A DNA stretch of 64,000 nucleotides from positions 62,001 to 126,000 of the forward strand of contig VJWM01000106.1 of NCBI GenBank assembly GCA_010909165.1, given 5' to 3'. This document shows positions 39,560 to 49,249 of the stretch, one piece after another. The notes under the pieces are model-generated. The model made no database searches and was not told the origin of the DNA. It worked only from the letters and a program-made list of their open reading frames with translations. How positions within the stretch are numbered: the first letter of the stretch is position 1; the number at the start of each line of letters is the position of its first letter. The DNA comes from Anthoceros angustus (lineage: Eukaryota > Plantae > Anthocerotophyta). Both the position numbers and the translations under genes were made by a program.

Positions 39560-40400
39560 AGGTCCGCTATTGGCGTCTGCCCCGCTCCTCCCGAGGCTCT
39601 TCCCCGCTTGCCTCCAAACAGGCCACTAGGGTCCCTGCAGCCCCCATGTCCTTCATCCCTTCTGAGCCTTCCGGGTCCGCCTGCTTGTAGCGGCGCCGAG
39701 AGGCTTCCAATGCCTTAAGGAGCTCGGTGTGGTAATAGGCAAAATCCGAGTCAATTTCTTTGGATTGCCTCTTCCACATGTGCGGAGCACCATACTCCTT
39801 TCGCCATTGGTGCTCAGGAGGCCGTCTTTGTCTTCTTGGACCATCTCCCTACCCAGGTTCGGGTGGGCCGGGCGAATCTCGCGAGGCCACAAGGGGCGCC
39901 TCGGTCACCTCCACCTGCATTGTTGCTCCACGCTCGGCTCCGTCGTTTCCGCTCTGCTTTGCCCGGCTTACATAAGCGCGCTCCTTCCGCCTTCCTTATC
40001 TAGACCAGCGGCTTCTGCGTCGGTCTCCTCTCGCTCCCCTTCCGCCTTCCTTATATGGACCAGCTTCTTTTCTCGTCTGCTCTCGCTCCCCTTTCATCAC
40101 GGCCTTTAGCTCCGCCATCTCCCCTCTCCAGACGGTCGGGCAACTACCCGTGCGGTGCGTCTCGAGTCCTTCTCCATTTCGGCGTCCTCCTTGTTCCATC
40201 GCCTTACCTCCTCCGTTACAGCAGTGGGCCGCTCTATCTCGTTCGTGATCCGTGATCACGCCTGCAGATGCCATTCCGCTCAGGTAACTTGGAGCCGCTG
40301 ACTCGAGGTCTCTTGCGCTCTTCCATCTCCGCCATTTGCTCCACTTCGGCAGGTCCGGAGATCCTCCATCTCTCTGTCGGGCTTCCTTCTCCGGCATGGG
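39560..40400 (-). pseudogene. Charged/coiled-coil ORF fragments in the right arm of D
   Basis: MAELKAVMKGEREQTRKE..., EIDSDFAYYHTELLKALEASRRRYK. No transposase motifs. Confidence 0.35.
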
Positions 40401-40732
40401 TGGCCCGCACCACCTCCCCCCGCCTCCCCTCTCTTCAAATTAGCCGCGGCTATCCCTGCCGTCTCCCTCCACGGTTTCGATCACGCCCGATAGTGATCGC
40501 GGCTCGATCAACGGATGGCGAGGCTTAAGCGAAGTCCAGCGTTTGGTTATACGATCGGTTCCGGCCTTCACGAGACTAGAAAACACGCGGAGCGCCATTT
40601 TGTATGTTCCCGCGGAGGTTCCTTCCCGTGTGTAATTTTGAATTTCGGTGACACAGAGGCTGGTCCATGTGACCAAATGACACAACCAGTTTTTTTATGC
40701 TGCGTGCCACCAAAGCGTGCGGACACCCAGAG

Positions 40733-42332
40733 CCGTAATTATCGTGGATAACTGACCTGAATTGTGGATCTGTAGGCCTCTCTCTACGGCCACCCTGGAT
40801 ATGTAATGATGGCTGGCCCCAGAGTCCAGCAACGTTGTGGCTCTAGTCCCTTCTAGTCCCACTAAGAATTTGATGGGAATGTGATCCATGTGGCAAGCAT
40901 TGGCTGCACTGATCCCATAACATGCCTGCACATTGTCTTCGGATGGACCCTCTGTCATTTCTGTTTCTTCAGTCCTAACCGAATGTCCGCTTTTTGTAGG
41001 GGCTGGTGTGTTAGCTGAGCTCCTGGTAGTCTTACCAGTTTCCTTCAACCAAGTAATAAAATCCCTGCGAAAAGGACAGACTCTAGAACCATGTTCGGTG
41101 GACATACACGTGAAGCACATGTACTTCTCGTGATACTGCTGTTTCTCTTCGTCGGTGAGTATCTTGAACACCGGCTTCTTGTCCGTAGCATTGGCTGTCT
41201 TTCCCCACTTGGATTTGAAAGCTCCTGCAGACTCCAGATGTTTGTACTTATTAGTACTGTAGTTAATCGCAGCTTTCATGGCCTCACCTAGGGTGCTTGG
41301 ATTGGTTTGATAGACGTTTGCCCTCATGTCGAACTTCAGCCCATCGATGAACTTCTCGATTTTTTGTTCCTCGTCGAGATGTGGCATGTCCAGGGTGAGT
41401 TGGAGGAAGCTGTCACAGTAGTCCTGTACAGTTCCTTGCTGGAAGATGGTTCTGAACTGGTGGTATAGCTCCTTACGGTGGTTCACTGGCAAGAATTGTT
41501 GGAGAAATAGCTGTTTGAAGAAACCCCAAGAGTATACGGAGGGTTCCATTCCTAAGTCCACTTGCTTCTCCCGTTGGTGCCACCACCGGGCGTACCCTTC
41601 CAAGCTCATAACACAGAACTGAATTTTTTGAAGGTCATCCTCCTCACTGGCGGCAAGATATTTGTCCATCTTGTCCAGCCAGTCATGCACACTTTGTGCA
41701 TCCTTGATACCGCCGAACAAGTCTTGGTCTTGATCTTCCTTTGCAACTCCTTGTCAAGTTGCGCTCTAGGCTTGAACATCGTTTCTTCACCTTCTCCCAA
41801 CTCTGAGGTAGTCCTACCCTTTTGGCTCTCCCAGTGTTCATAGCACAACAGCTGTAGCCGCCTGACCAATGCCCGGATATCCTTATTATCCTTCTCACCA
41901 GGTAGGAGCTCCCACTCACTGCTCAGGATAGCTTCTTCACCTGGCCCCGACCGCGATTCACGATCTCCGCCTCGGGTCTCCTACACTCGGCAGCCTGGTT
42001 GTTGGGATGGTGAAGGCTGCTTCTCTCATTGACCGAGACGGTTGTTCCAAATGCACTGGTGGGGGAGTCGGTGTATCTGGTACAGGGACCGCTAGAGCCT
42101 GCAGCACTCCTTCTAGCTGCCGTTCAAGCCTGGTTTGTCCTTCTCCGACTCGCTCCTCCACCTTCTTGATGGCTTCTTCGACACTCTTCAACTTCAGATC
42201 CTGCCGCATCAAACCTGCAGATAATTCTTCACAACTCTTCTCCACACCGCAGGTGCGTCGTTCAACTTCTTGCAAGATGTCGCCCGCTGCTGCAAGTGCA
42301 TCGGTTTGGACACCTCCAACTCGTCCGTGCAT
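40733..42332 (-). mobile_element. Ty3/Gypsy gag and N-terminal half of aspartic protease
   Basis: Retrotransposon gag (WLDKMDKYL...QQGTVQDYCDSF...FIDGLK), CCHC knuckle CFTCMSTEHGSRVCP, protease LLDSGASHHYIS. Confidence 0.92.
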
Positions 42333-42599
42333 CTGATCTATCTCTCCTTCCGTCCATGCGTGGTCGTCGAGATCCTCTTCCTCTCCGCTCGCTGCCGCAC
42401 GGAGGGGCTCGGCGCATCACACCTTCACCCTGGTCTCTAGCGACCGTCTCTCTCCCATCTAGGTTCGACTCTTCCCAATCTGTGGTTTGTTGGAGGATGA
42501 GCCGCCTCCGCCGGCTTTGTCCTTCACTTTCCTTCCGGTCATGGGCCCCAACACGTTCATGCTTTGGTGAGGCCTTCACACCTGGGGTCGCATTCCTGC

Positions 42600-42611
42600 G
42601 CTTTCATGCCA
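42600..42611 (-). promoter_or_regulatory. Degenerate tRNA-iMet primer-binding site
   Basis: Minus strand TGGCATGAAAGC (9/12 to TGGTATCAGAGC), 1 nt after an LTR-like ...GACA end. Confidence 0.55.
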
Positions 42612-42612
42612 A

Positions 42613-43304
42613 TGTCGCCTATCAGTCGCCTTCTTCACTGCTGCTGGAAATTCGCCTCCCGACGTCCCGTTGGTTAACCAAATCGCTCATCCTTGCTGCG
42701 TGATGATCGAATTCGTGGACTTCCCAGATTTCTTGAATGATGAAATCAATCAATGGCAAGAGCTTTCAACTTCATTCCAAAGACTTGAGTATGCATGCGG
42801 ATGGTGGCACTGGCATTGGAGAGGCCAAATGGGAGGTTCTGGCGCCTGGCATTCCCTTCTACCTTCGCTCTTTTCTCCGCCTCTCTTGCTGGTCCTTCGG
42901 AACGGAGGTGTGTTGTAGATGCGTTACCCTTCAGCATCTCGAACCATTTTCTTCTAAGCCCAAGCCACACCAATCTGGTCCCCGATTTCCTGATCCAGAG
43001 ATGACAGAAAGGTTGGCTCGATACGCAAAATCACGTCTCGATCCTAAGGCAGCGTGAACTCTAGTTGGGCACAAGAATGGCTGCATTTACAGACGTGTCT
43101 TGGTCTCTTGTACATGGAGCGGGGTTCTGCCAAGAATCCCATTTCAACTACTTAATTACCCTCGGTTAATGTGAGCTGCGTATCCTCGCCGCTTCGAATG
43201 TCCACGTTTTGACCTAGGAAGGAGGTGGTACCTGAAGCTATCTTCGCCTTAGCACTCTCGCCGGGAATGCATGGCTGGTGAAATGCCATGGGTCACTTGT
43301 GACA
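42613..43304 (-). mobile_element. Putative 5' LTR of the Gypsy element (~690 bp)
   Basis: Bounded by tgtcgc...gtgaca (TG...CA inverted ends), next to the PBS. Base composition changes abruptly after 43304. Partner LTR is not in the window. Confidence 0.6.
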
Positions 43305-43339
43305 TTCCAACTTTAATAGCTTGTCCATATAACCCATAA

Positions 43340-44130
43340 ACTCTCTTTGAGTTTGATCTCTTGTAAAACGGTTTGTTTAAAACCTTGAAGTTCCTTAGTT
43401 AAGAAAAAGAAAGTGTTGTAAAAAGACGCAACATTACACTAGCAAACTATGTCCCACGATTTACAATGTGGTTTTCAATTGAAATTTTGATTATGAAATT
43501 ATTTTACTGATACTTGTTGTAAAAAAGATGGATAATTTTACAACATCTACATTTTACAACGCAAGTTACAAGGAGAAATCTAAATGATTTAAAATTTTAG
43601 TGACCCTAGTTGTAAAATGGACGTGGCCCTATACAACAAAAACTCTTTACTATGCAAATTACAACGCTAAATTAGAGATATTTTTAAAAATAAAATATTG
43701 TATTGTAAATATACATTCATGTGGTGTAAAAGCAGTGTTCTAAAATCCAAGCTATTGCTGTAAAAGAAGCCTCGTTGTAAAAAGCATATTCTGTGTTGTA
43801 AAAATCATTTTGTTTGTAAAAGATACTGTGTTGTAATTAGAGTAGACGACGTTATAAACCCCGAGTTGTAAAACATCCCTATCGTTGTAAATAGATATTG
43901 TATTGTAATTATGGCATCCCACGTTGTATAAACCCCATGTTGAAAACTATAGTATATTGTAATCTTGCAAACTCTCATTGTAAAAGCTCCTAAAGAGTGC
44001 CACATTGTCAAAATACACCATAAAAAAATACCCACATTGTAAAACATCAAACTCATGTTGTAAAGTGTTAAAATCTATACAAAAATAATACATGGGCTGA
44101 AAACCTCCGTTGTAAGATGAATAGACGTCT
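43340..44130. repeat. AT-rich region with many TTGTAAA / TTTACAA motifs (subterminal-repeat-like DNA transposon remnant)
   Basis: Numerous (g)ttgtaaa(a) and tttacaa motifs in both orientations. Confidence 0.5.
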
Positions 44131-44188
44131 AAAAACCCCCTCTCTCTAGTTTTGAAGGGGTAGTAAAGTACTGGTTTTCCTAGTATTG

Positions 44189-45245
44189 CTTATACAAGAT
44201 GCATATTCAAGATATCAACCTCAGGAAGCACCTATTCAACTCTCAGGTCATCCCGTCTACTATGCATGGTGCAGAACTCTGGGCCCTAATCTCCTGCCTT
44301 CTTCTTGGCCTAAGGTGGAAAAAGTACAGGCTTCTTTCCTTTATGCTCACATTACTTGTAAGCGCTCTACCCCTCTACGTATCCTTCTCTTTGAATTTGC
44401 CGCCTTTCCCTTAGAATTTGATGGCCTCTTCCGTCCAACCTCTTTCTATTATTGCCTCCACCTTCTTGACCAACAAAACCCTCACCTCCCTCTTTACCTT
44501 CTTCTTGCTTTTCGGTTGTCTAGATCTCTCTGGGCTGATGGCTCTATTTCTTGTTGGTATGCCAAAGCCTCCATGTGGCTGAAGCGATTCCACTTTAGTC
44601 CTTCTACTCTCCCTGTTTGACCACCCTTCAATTACTCGATCCCGCCCTCCACACCCTCTCTCTAACCACTTTATTTGTAAGGCAATCAAATTTCGATACC
44701 TTTGCCTTACTTGGAACCCTATTCCCTCTGCAGCTCCTCTTTCCACCAAGCTTCTTTACTATAAGGAGCTCTTTCGTGTGATCTCTCTCTCTAGATTCCC
44801 AAAATTGCCATGTTATCTTAGTTCCCCCATGTCTTTCAAGCTTCGCTCTTTAACTGGTCAAGTTCATGGCTCCATGGAGGAGATCGACCGCTAGCTAGAC
44901 CCGACCTCCTTGGGAAGACTTTTGGCTCTGTTCTTCTAATACGGAATGCAAAATGAAGTTTTTCTCTTTTACTGCCCTGCTTTTAACGACATGTGGGCCA
45001 AATACTCTATCCTTTTTTAGTGTGCAAGTTTTTCTCTGTAGCACTTTTTTTCCTCTGCCCTGTCTTTCTGAGATGCTTGATCACAGGCTGTCCTTGCTTG
45101 GCCTCCTATAACTTTCTTATCAATCTTCCACCTTTTATTTTTCCTATTTCTGTTTCTCTAGTCCTGCTTCGTTCAATTTAGCTGTAAAAGTTCTCCCATG
45201 TGCTTTTTCTATCGTAGTAGATATAATTAAAGTTGTTGCTGCTGT
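44189..45245 (+). mobile_element. 5'-truncated non-LTR retrotransposon (LINE) fragment
   Basis: RT C-terminal-like LFNSQVIPS.MHGAELWG...KVEKVQASFL...KRSTPLRILLFEF..FPL. Degenerate Cys motif (FYCPAF). T-rich 3' UTR, attaaa, then a gtt/gct tail. Confidence 0.7.
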
Positions 45246-45248
45246 TAT

Positions 45249-45304
45249 TGGTAGAATAGTACCGTGCCACGGTGTAGACCCGGGTTCGATTCCCGGTCAG
45301 TGCA
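45249..45304 (+). pseudogene. tRNA-Gly(GCC) 3' portion (5' portion probably at 44168-44188)
   Basis: tggtagaatagtaccgtgccacggtgtagacccgggttcgattcccggtcagtgca matches plant tRNA-Gly from the D-loop to the discriminator; the 5' acceptor strand is missing locally. Confidence 0.85.
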
Positions 45305-45628
45305 TGAGCAGTATCGGATGGAATAGTACGCAGTCCTCAAATCTTTTTCGTTGTGGAAAAGCACCCTCCCCGCTTCAAGAAGTCTGGAGAAAATCCATCT
45401 GAAACGGGAACCCAGCACACGGTCGGTTTTCTCTCTGGCTAGCGCAATCCGAGCGGATAAGGCCACCTCGTGTCCACGACGCTTGCATCCAGCATTTGGC
45501 AGCTCTTGGAAGGTAAGACTCGGTTTGGGCGACCGCAGGGCGTCGTTGTAATTCCCTCCAGCCGGATCTCACTCTGTTGGATCGTGTTTGAAGCAGGTGG
45601 AGAGGAGGAGTTGAAGCAGCAGGCAGCA

Positions 45629-46218
45629 ATGGTGTCCGCAGTGGCGAGCCCGGCGCACGTCGCTCTGCAGCTCTCGTCGGTGCACGCGCTGGGGGCAAAG
45701 CAGGGGGCGGCATCTCTGAGCTCCGGGAGCGGGATTGCGTGCGCGCCCAGACTCACCGCCTGCGCGGCCTCCACCTCCGGGGCCGGGCCCGGGTCCGGGC
45801 CCGAGGTGGCGGCCAATGTGAGCAGGAGGAATGCGGCATTGGGAGGACTGGCGGCTGTGCTGCTGGCAGCGGCGGCCCCGCGGCCCGCCGCGGCGGAGGA
45901 GCTGGTGGAGCAGTACCAGCGGGAGACGCAGGCGGTGATCGACCAGGTGCGGGGACGCTGGCCCTGGAGCGCGCTGACCCCGCCAAGCCCGACGCCGTGC
46001 AGTCGCTCAAGAAGGTGTCCAACAGCTGGGTGGCCAAGTACCGGCGCGAGAAGCAGGTGGCCGGCAGGCCCTCCTTCAGCAACATGTACTCCGTGCTCAA
46101 CGCGCTCTCCGGCCACTACATCAGCTTCGGCCCGACCTATCCCCTCCCCGCCAAGCGCGAGAAGCGCATCCTGGACGAGGTGCAGATCGCCGAGAAGGCC
46201 CTGGGTAGAGGCAGGTAG
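45629..46218 (+). CDS. PSB27: Photosystem II assembly/repair protein Psb27 (lumenal), intronless; one apparent homopolymer frameshift near 45950
   Basis: Transit peptide, RR Tat signal (SRRNAALGGLAAVLL), SNSWVAKYRREKQVAGRPSFSNMYSVLNALSGHYISFGPTYPLPAKREKRILDEV. Confidence 0.92.
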
Positions 46219-47730
46219 AGATTGAACGCCAGCCACACCATTCTTCTTGTGGTAGATGGAACGGAACGGTGCGCAATTCGCACTTCTCTGGTGATGGCAA
46301 CGTTTTGCGAAATCCCGCATCGTATGTGACTTGTGTCGATCGTCGGCGTGATAGCGCAGCTTGCGCAAGCATCGCTCTCGCCTTCAGGGTTTGTCCGCGC
46401 GAGGCTTGCTTGCCAAATTTGAACTTGTCGGACGGACGGACGCAAGACGCAACTTTACCTCTCCGGGCTGGGAAATGTGCTAAAACGTGCTGAAACTTCC
46501 TCCAGCAATATCTGTGTTTTACGGCCACAGGAAAGGAATACCCCGAGATCCTCCGAGATGTAGGAGAGGGCGGTATCAGCCGCGGGAGGGACACGACGAT
46601 GGAGCGCGGCGTGGTGGCCGTGAAGGCTGCGCAGCTGCTGTCTCCCCTCGCGGGTTCCGTTCATACTGCGCCGTCCGGTTCCAGCTGGGAAGCCTGTCTC
46701 GCATTAGAAACATCAGCAGCATCAGGAACATCAGCAGCATCAAGAACATCAGCAGCTTCAGTACAGGCACAAGCACAAGCAGGAGGAATGCGGCATTGGG
46801 AGGACTGGCGGCTGTGCTGCTGGCAGCGGCGCGGCCCGCGCGGCGGAGCTGGTGGAGCAGTACCAGCGGGAGACGCAGGCGGTGATCGACCAGGTGCGGG
46901 GACGCTGGCCCTGGAGCGCGCTGACCCCGCCAAGCCCGACGCCGTGCAGTCGCTCAAGAAGGTGTCCAACAGCTGGGTGGCCAAGTACCGGCGCGAGAAG
47001 CAGGTGGCCGGCAGGCCCTCCTTCAGCAACATGTACTCCGTGCTCAACGCGCTCTCCGGCCACTACATCAGCTTCGGCCCGACCTATCCCTCCCGCCAAG
47101 CGCGAGAAGCGCATCCTGGACGAGTGCAGATCGCCGAGAAGGCCCTGGGTAGAGGCAGGTAGAGATTGAACGCCAGCCACACCATTCTTCTTGTGGTAGA
47201 TGGAACGGAACGGTGCGCAATTCGCACTTCTCTGGTGATGGCAACGTTTTGCGAAATCCCGCATCGTATGTGACTTGTGTCGATCGTCGGCGTGATAGCG
47301 CAGCTTGCGCAAGCATCGCTCTCGCCTTCAGGGTTTGTCCGCGCGAGGCTTGCTTGCCAAATTTGAACTTGTCGGACGGACGGACGCAAGACGCAACTTT
47401 ACCTCTCCGGGCTGGGAAATGTGCTAAAACGTGCTGAAACTTCCTCCAGCAATATCTGTGTTTTACGGCCACAGGAAAGGAATACCCCGAGATCCTCCGA
47501 GATGTAGGAGAGGGCGGTATCAGCCGCGGGAGGGACACGACGATGGAGCGCGGCGTGGTGGCCGTGAAGGCTGCGCAGCTGCTGTCTCCCCTCGCGGGTT
47601 CCGTTCATACTGCGCCGTCCCGGTTCCAGCTGGGAAGCCTGTCTCGCATTAGAAACATCAGCAGCATCAGGAACATCAGCAGCATCAAGAACATCAGCAG
47701 CTTCAGTACAGGCACAAGCACAAGCAGGAG
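45821..47730. repeat. Tandem duplication, ~950 bp unit, bounded by AGCAGGAG microhomology
   Basis: agcaggag at 45821, 46778 and 47723; near-identical sequence between them. Confidence 0.92.
46599..47162 (+). CDS. Chimeric copy: DUF1997-gene transit peptide fused to the Psb27 Tat signal and mature domain (small indels present)
   Basis: Junction reads ...NISSFSTGTSTS|RRNAALGGLAAVLL... in one frame; ends IAEKALGRGR*. Confidence 0.6.
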   Translation: MERGVVAVKAAQLLSPLAGSVHTAPSGSSWEACLALETSAASGTSAASRTSAASVQAQAQAGGMRHWEDWRLCCWQRRGPRGGAGGAVPAGDAGGDRPGAGTLALERADPAKPDAVQSLKKVSNSWVAKYRREKQVAGRPSFSNMYSVLNALSGHYISFGPTYPSRQAREAHPGRVQIAEKALGRGR

Positions 47731-48950
47731 AAGTAGGACGACGTGGGGAGTGGAAGTTGCTGCTGCTGCTCTAGGGTCTGGATTCGGCGGGGATGGGGCA
47801 GCCAGGCGGAGGGGGAGGGTTGTTGCTGCTCGGGTTTCGGAGGAGCAGGTTGCCAGCAGTGAGGACTCCCACAAGGCGGGAAAGGACCCTCCCAGGGCGC
47901 ACCTCAAGGCCAGTAAGCTGGAGAAGCTCGTGTTGGAGGAGAGCCAAAGACCCCTCGGTGAGCAGCGGCAGTAGGCAATGGTGTTTGTCTTGTCATTGCT
48001 GCGGCTGATGAGCGCTGCTTGCCTGCGCAGCGGAGTACATGAGCCTCCCTGCTAGCCAGTATTCTGTCCTAGATGCGGAACGCATTGAGCGCGTTGATGA
48101 CAACACCTTCCTCTGCTATGTCTACCGCCTGAAGTTCTTCACGCTGGAGATTTGCCCTGTTCTCTTGGTCCGGGTGGATGAGAAACCCGATGGCTGCTCC
48201 ATCACTCTGCTCGCCTGTACAGTGAGTGCCTGACCCTCTCCACCACCATGGGATGATGGAGGGAAGGAAGGAATGAAGGCAGGGAGGACGGTACGTTGCA
48301 GCTCTAACGCTATGCTGGTTTCATGACTTGCAGCTGGATGGCTCCTCTCCCCTTACGACTTCAGAGAACGAGAAATTCAAAGGTAGAGGATGTGCTTCTG
48401 GTCTGTTTGCAACCTCCTTCCTCACTTGCTGAGACTGTACCCGAACTGATGTCCTGGTGATCTCGTCACGCAGCTTCCATGGTGAATAATGTGTCATGGA
48501 GAGAGAGTGAAGGGTCTCCAACAGCAAGAGAACTCGTTTCTGATGCCACCATTCAGGTAACACATTCATCAATTCCTGTGTCTTGTTCAAGTCTCCTTAC
48601 TGTTGGAGTGCCGTTTTGGTGCAATAGGAATTTTAGATTGCTTGTCCGATCCAGGTAACACTGGACATACCGTTTGCCTTTCGTGCACTCCCGGTGGAAA
48701 TTCTGGAAGGCACTGGGAACCAGGTGCTGGGCCAGGTGTTACGAGTCATGCTGCCCCGTTTCCTGGATCAGGTATGTTGCACAACTCTTCCACAAGTTTC
48801 GCTTGGGGTCTGCTGTGCGAAAGTGCGCCCCTCCTCACCATCATGATTTCTGTGCTCTGCTTTACCATTTGTTTGCAGCTTGGCAAGGATTACCGTGCAT
48901 GGGCTTCAGGGGACGCATCAAGGCAGCCTTTAGGAACAGGGGAGATCTGA
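47543..48950 (+). CDS. DUF1997 family protein, probably chloroplastic (about 6 exons)
   Basis: EYMSLPASQYSVLDAERIERVDDNTFLCYVYRLKFFTLEICPVLLVRVDE...QLGKDYRAWASGDASRQPLGTGEI; GT-AG introns. Confidence 0.85.
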
Positions 48951-49249
48951 TGCACGGCCTGGAATCCAATTTAAAATCTCACGTTAGCTAAACATTGCCG
49001 ACCCGATTTTGCCATGCCAGAAGCTTGGCTTGTGGATGACAGTTTGACTTGCACAAAGAATCTGGTTGCTCATAGCTGCACATGCACTCGAATTGCCTCG
49101 CGGCTGCCAAATTTACAGAGATACAACAGGCCCAAAATCTTTTCTCCCCTTCCTCGAGTAGGCATTTCAAGACATTCAGAAACTATGGATGACTGTAGGA
49201 CGCATACGGCATCCAAAGACCTCGCCAGCTTGAATTGCGTTCGTTTCTG

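Larger units (their letters stand above)
18286..40728. mobile_element. Element D: Sola-like TIR element (own sequence ~2.6 kb: 18286-19073 plus 38892-40728) inserted in the Gypsy protease, TSD AGAG, carrying nested element B
   Basis: agag at 18282-18285 and 40729-40732. Ends gggtgtgagcatggttaggtg and caccaaagcgtgcggacaccc. Removal restores ...STIITAL|DGRNINEEQW... in the Gypsy ORF. Confidence 0.88.

Noticed and set aside
45234-45304. Functional tRNA-Gly gene
   Set aside because: The 5' acceptor strand and A-box are replaced by the LINE tail, and the anticodon arm carries substitutions.
45439-47312. Long minus-strand ORFs (309 and 184 aa)
   Set aside because: Antisense shadows of GC-rich Psb27 codons.
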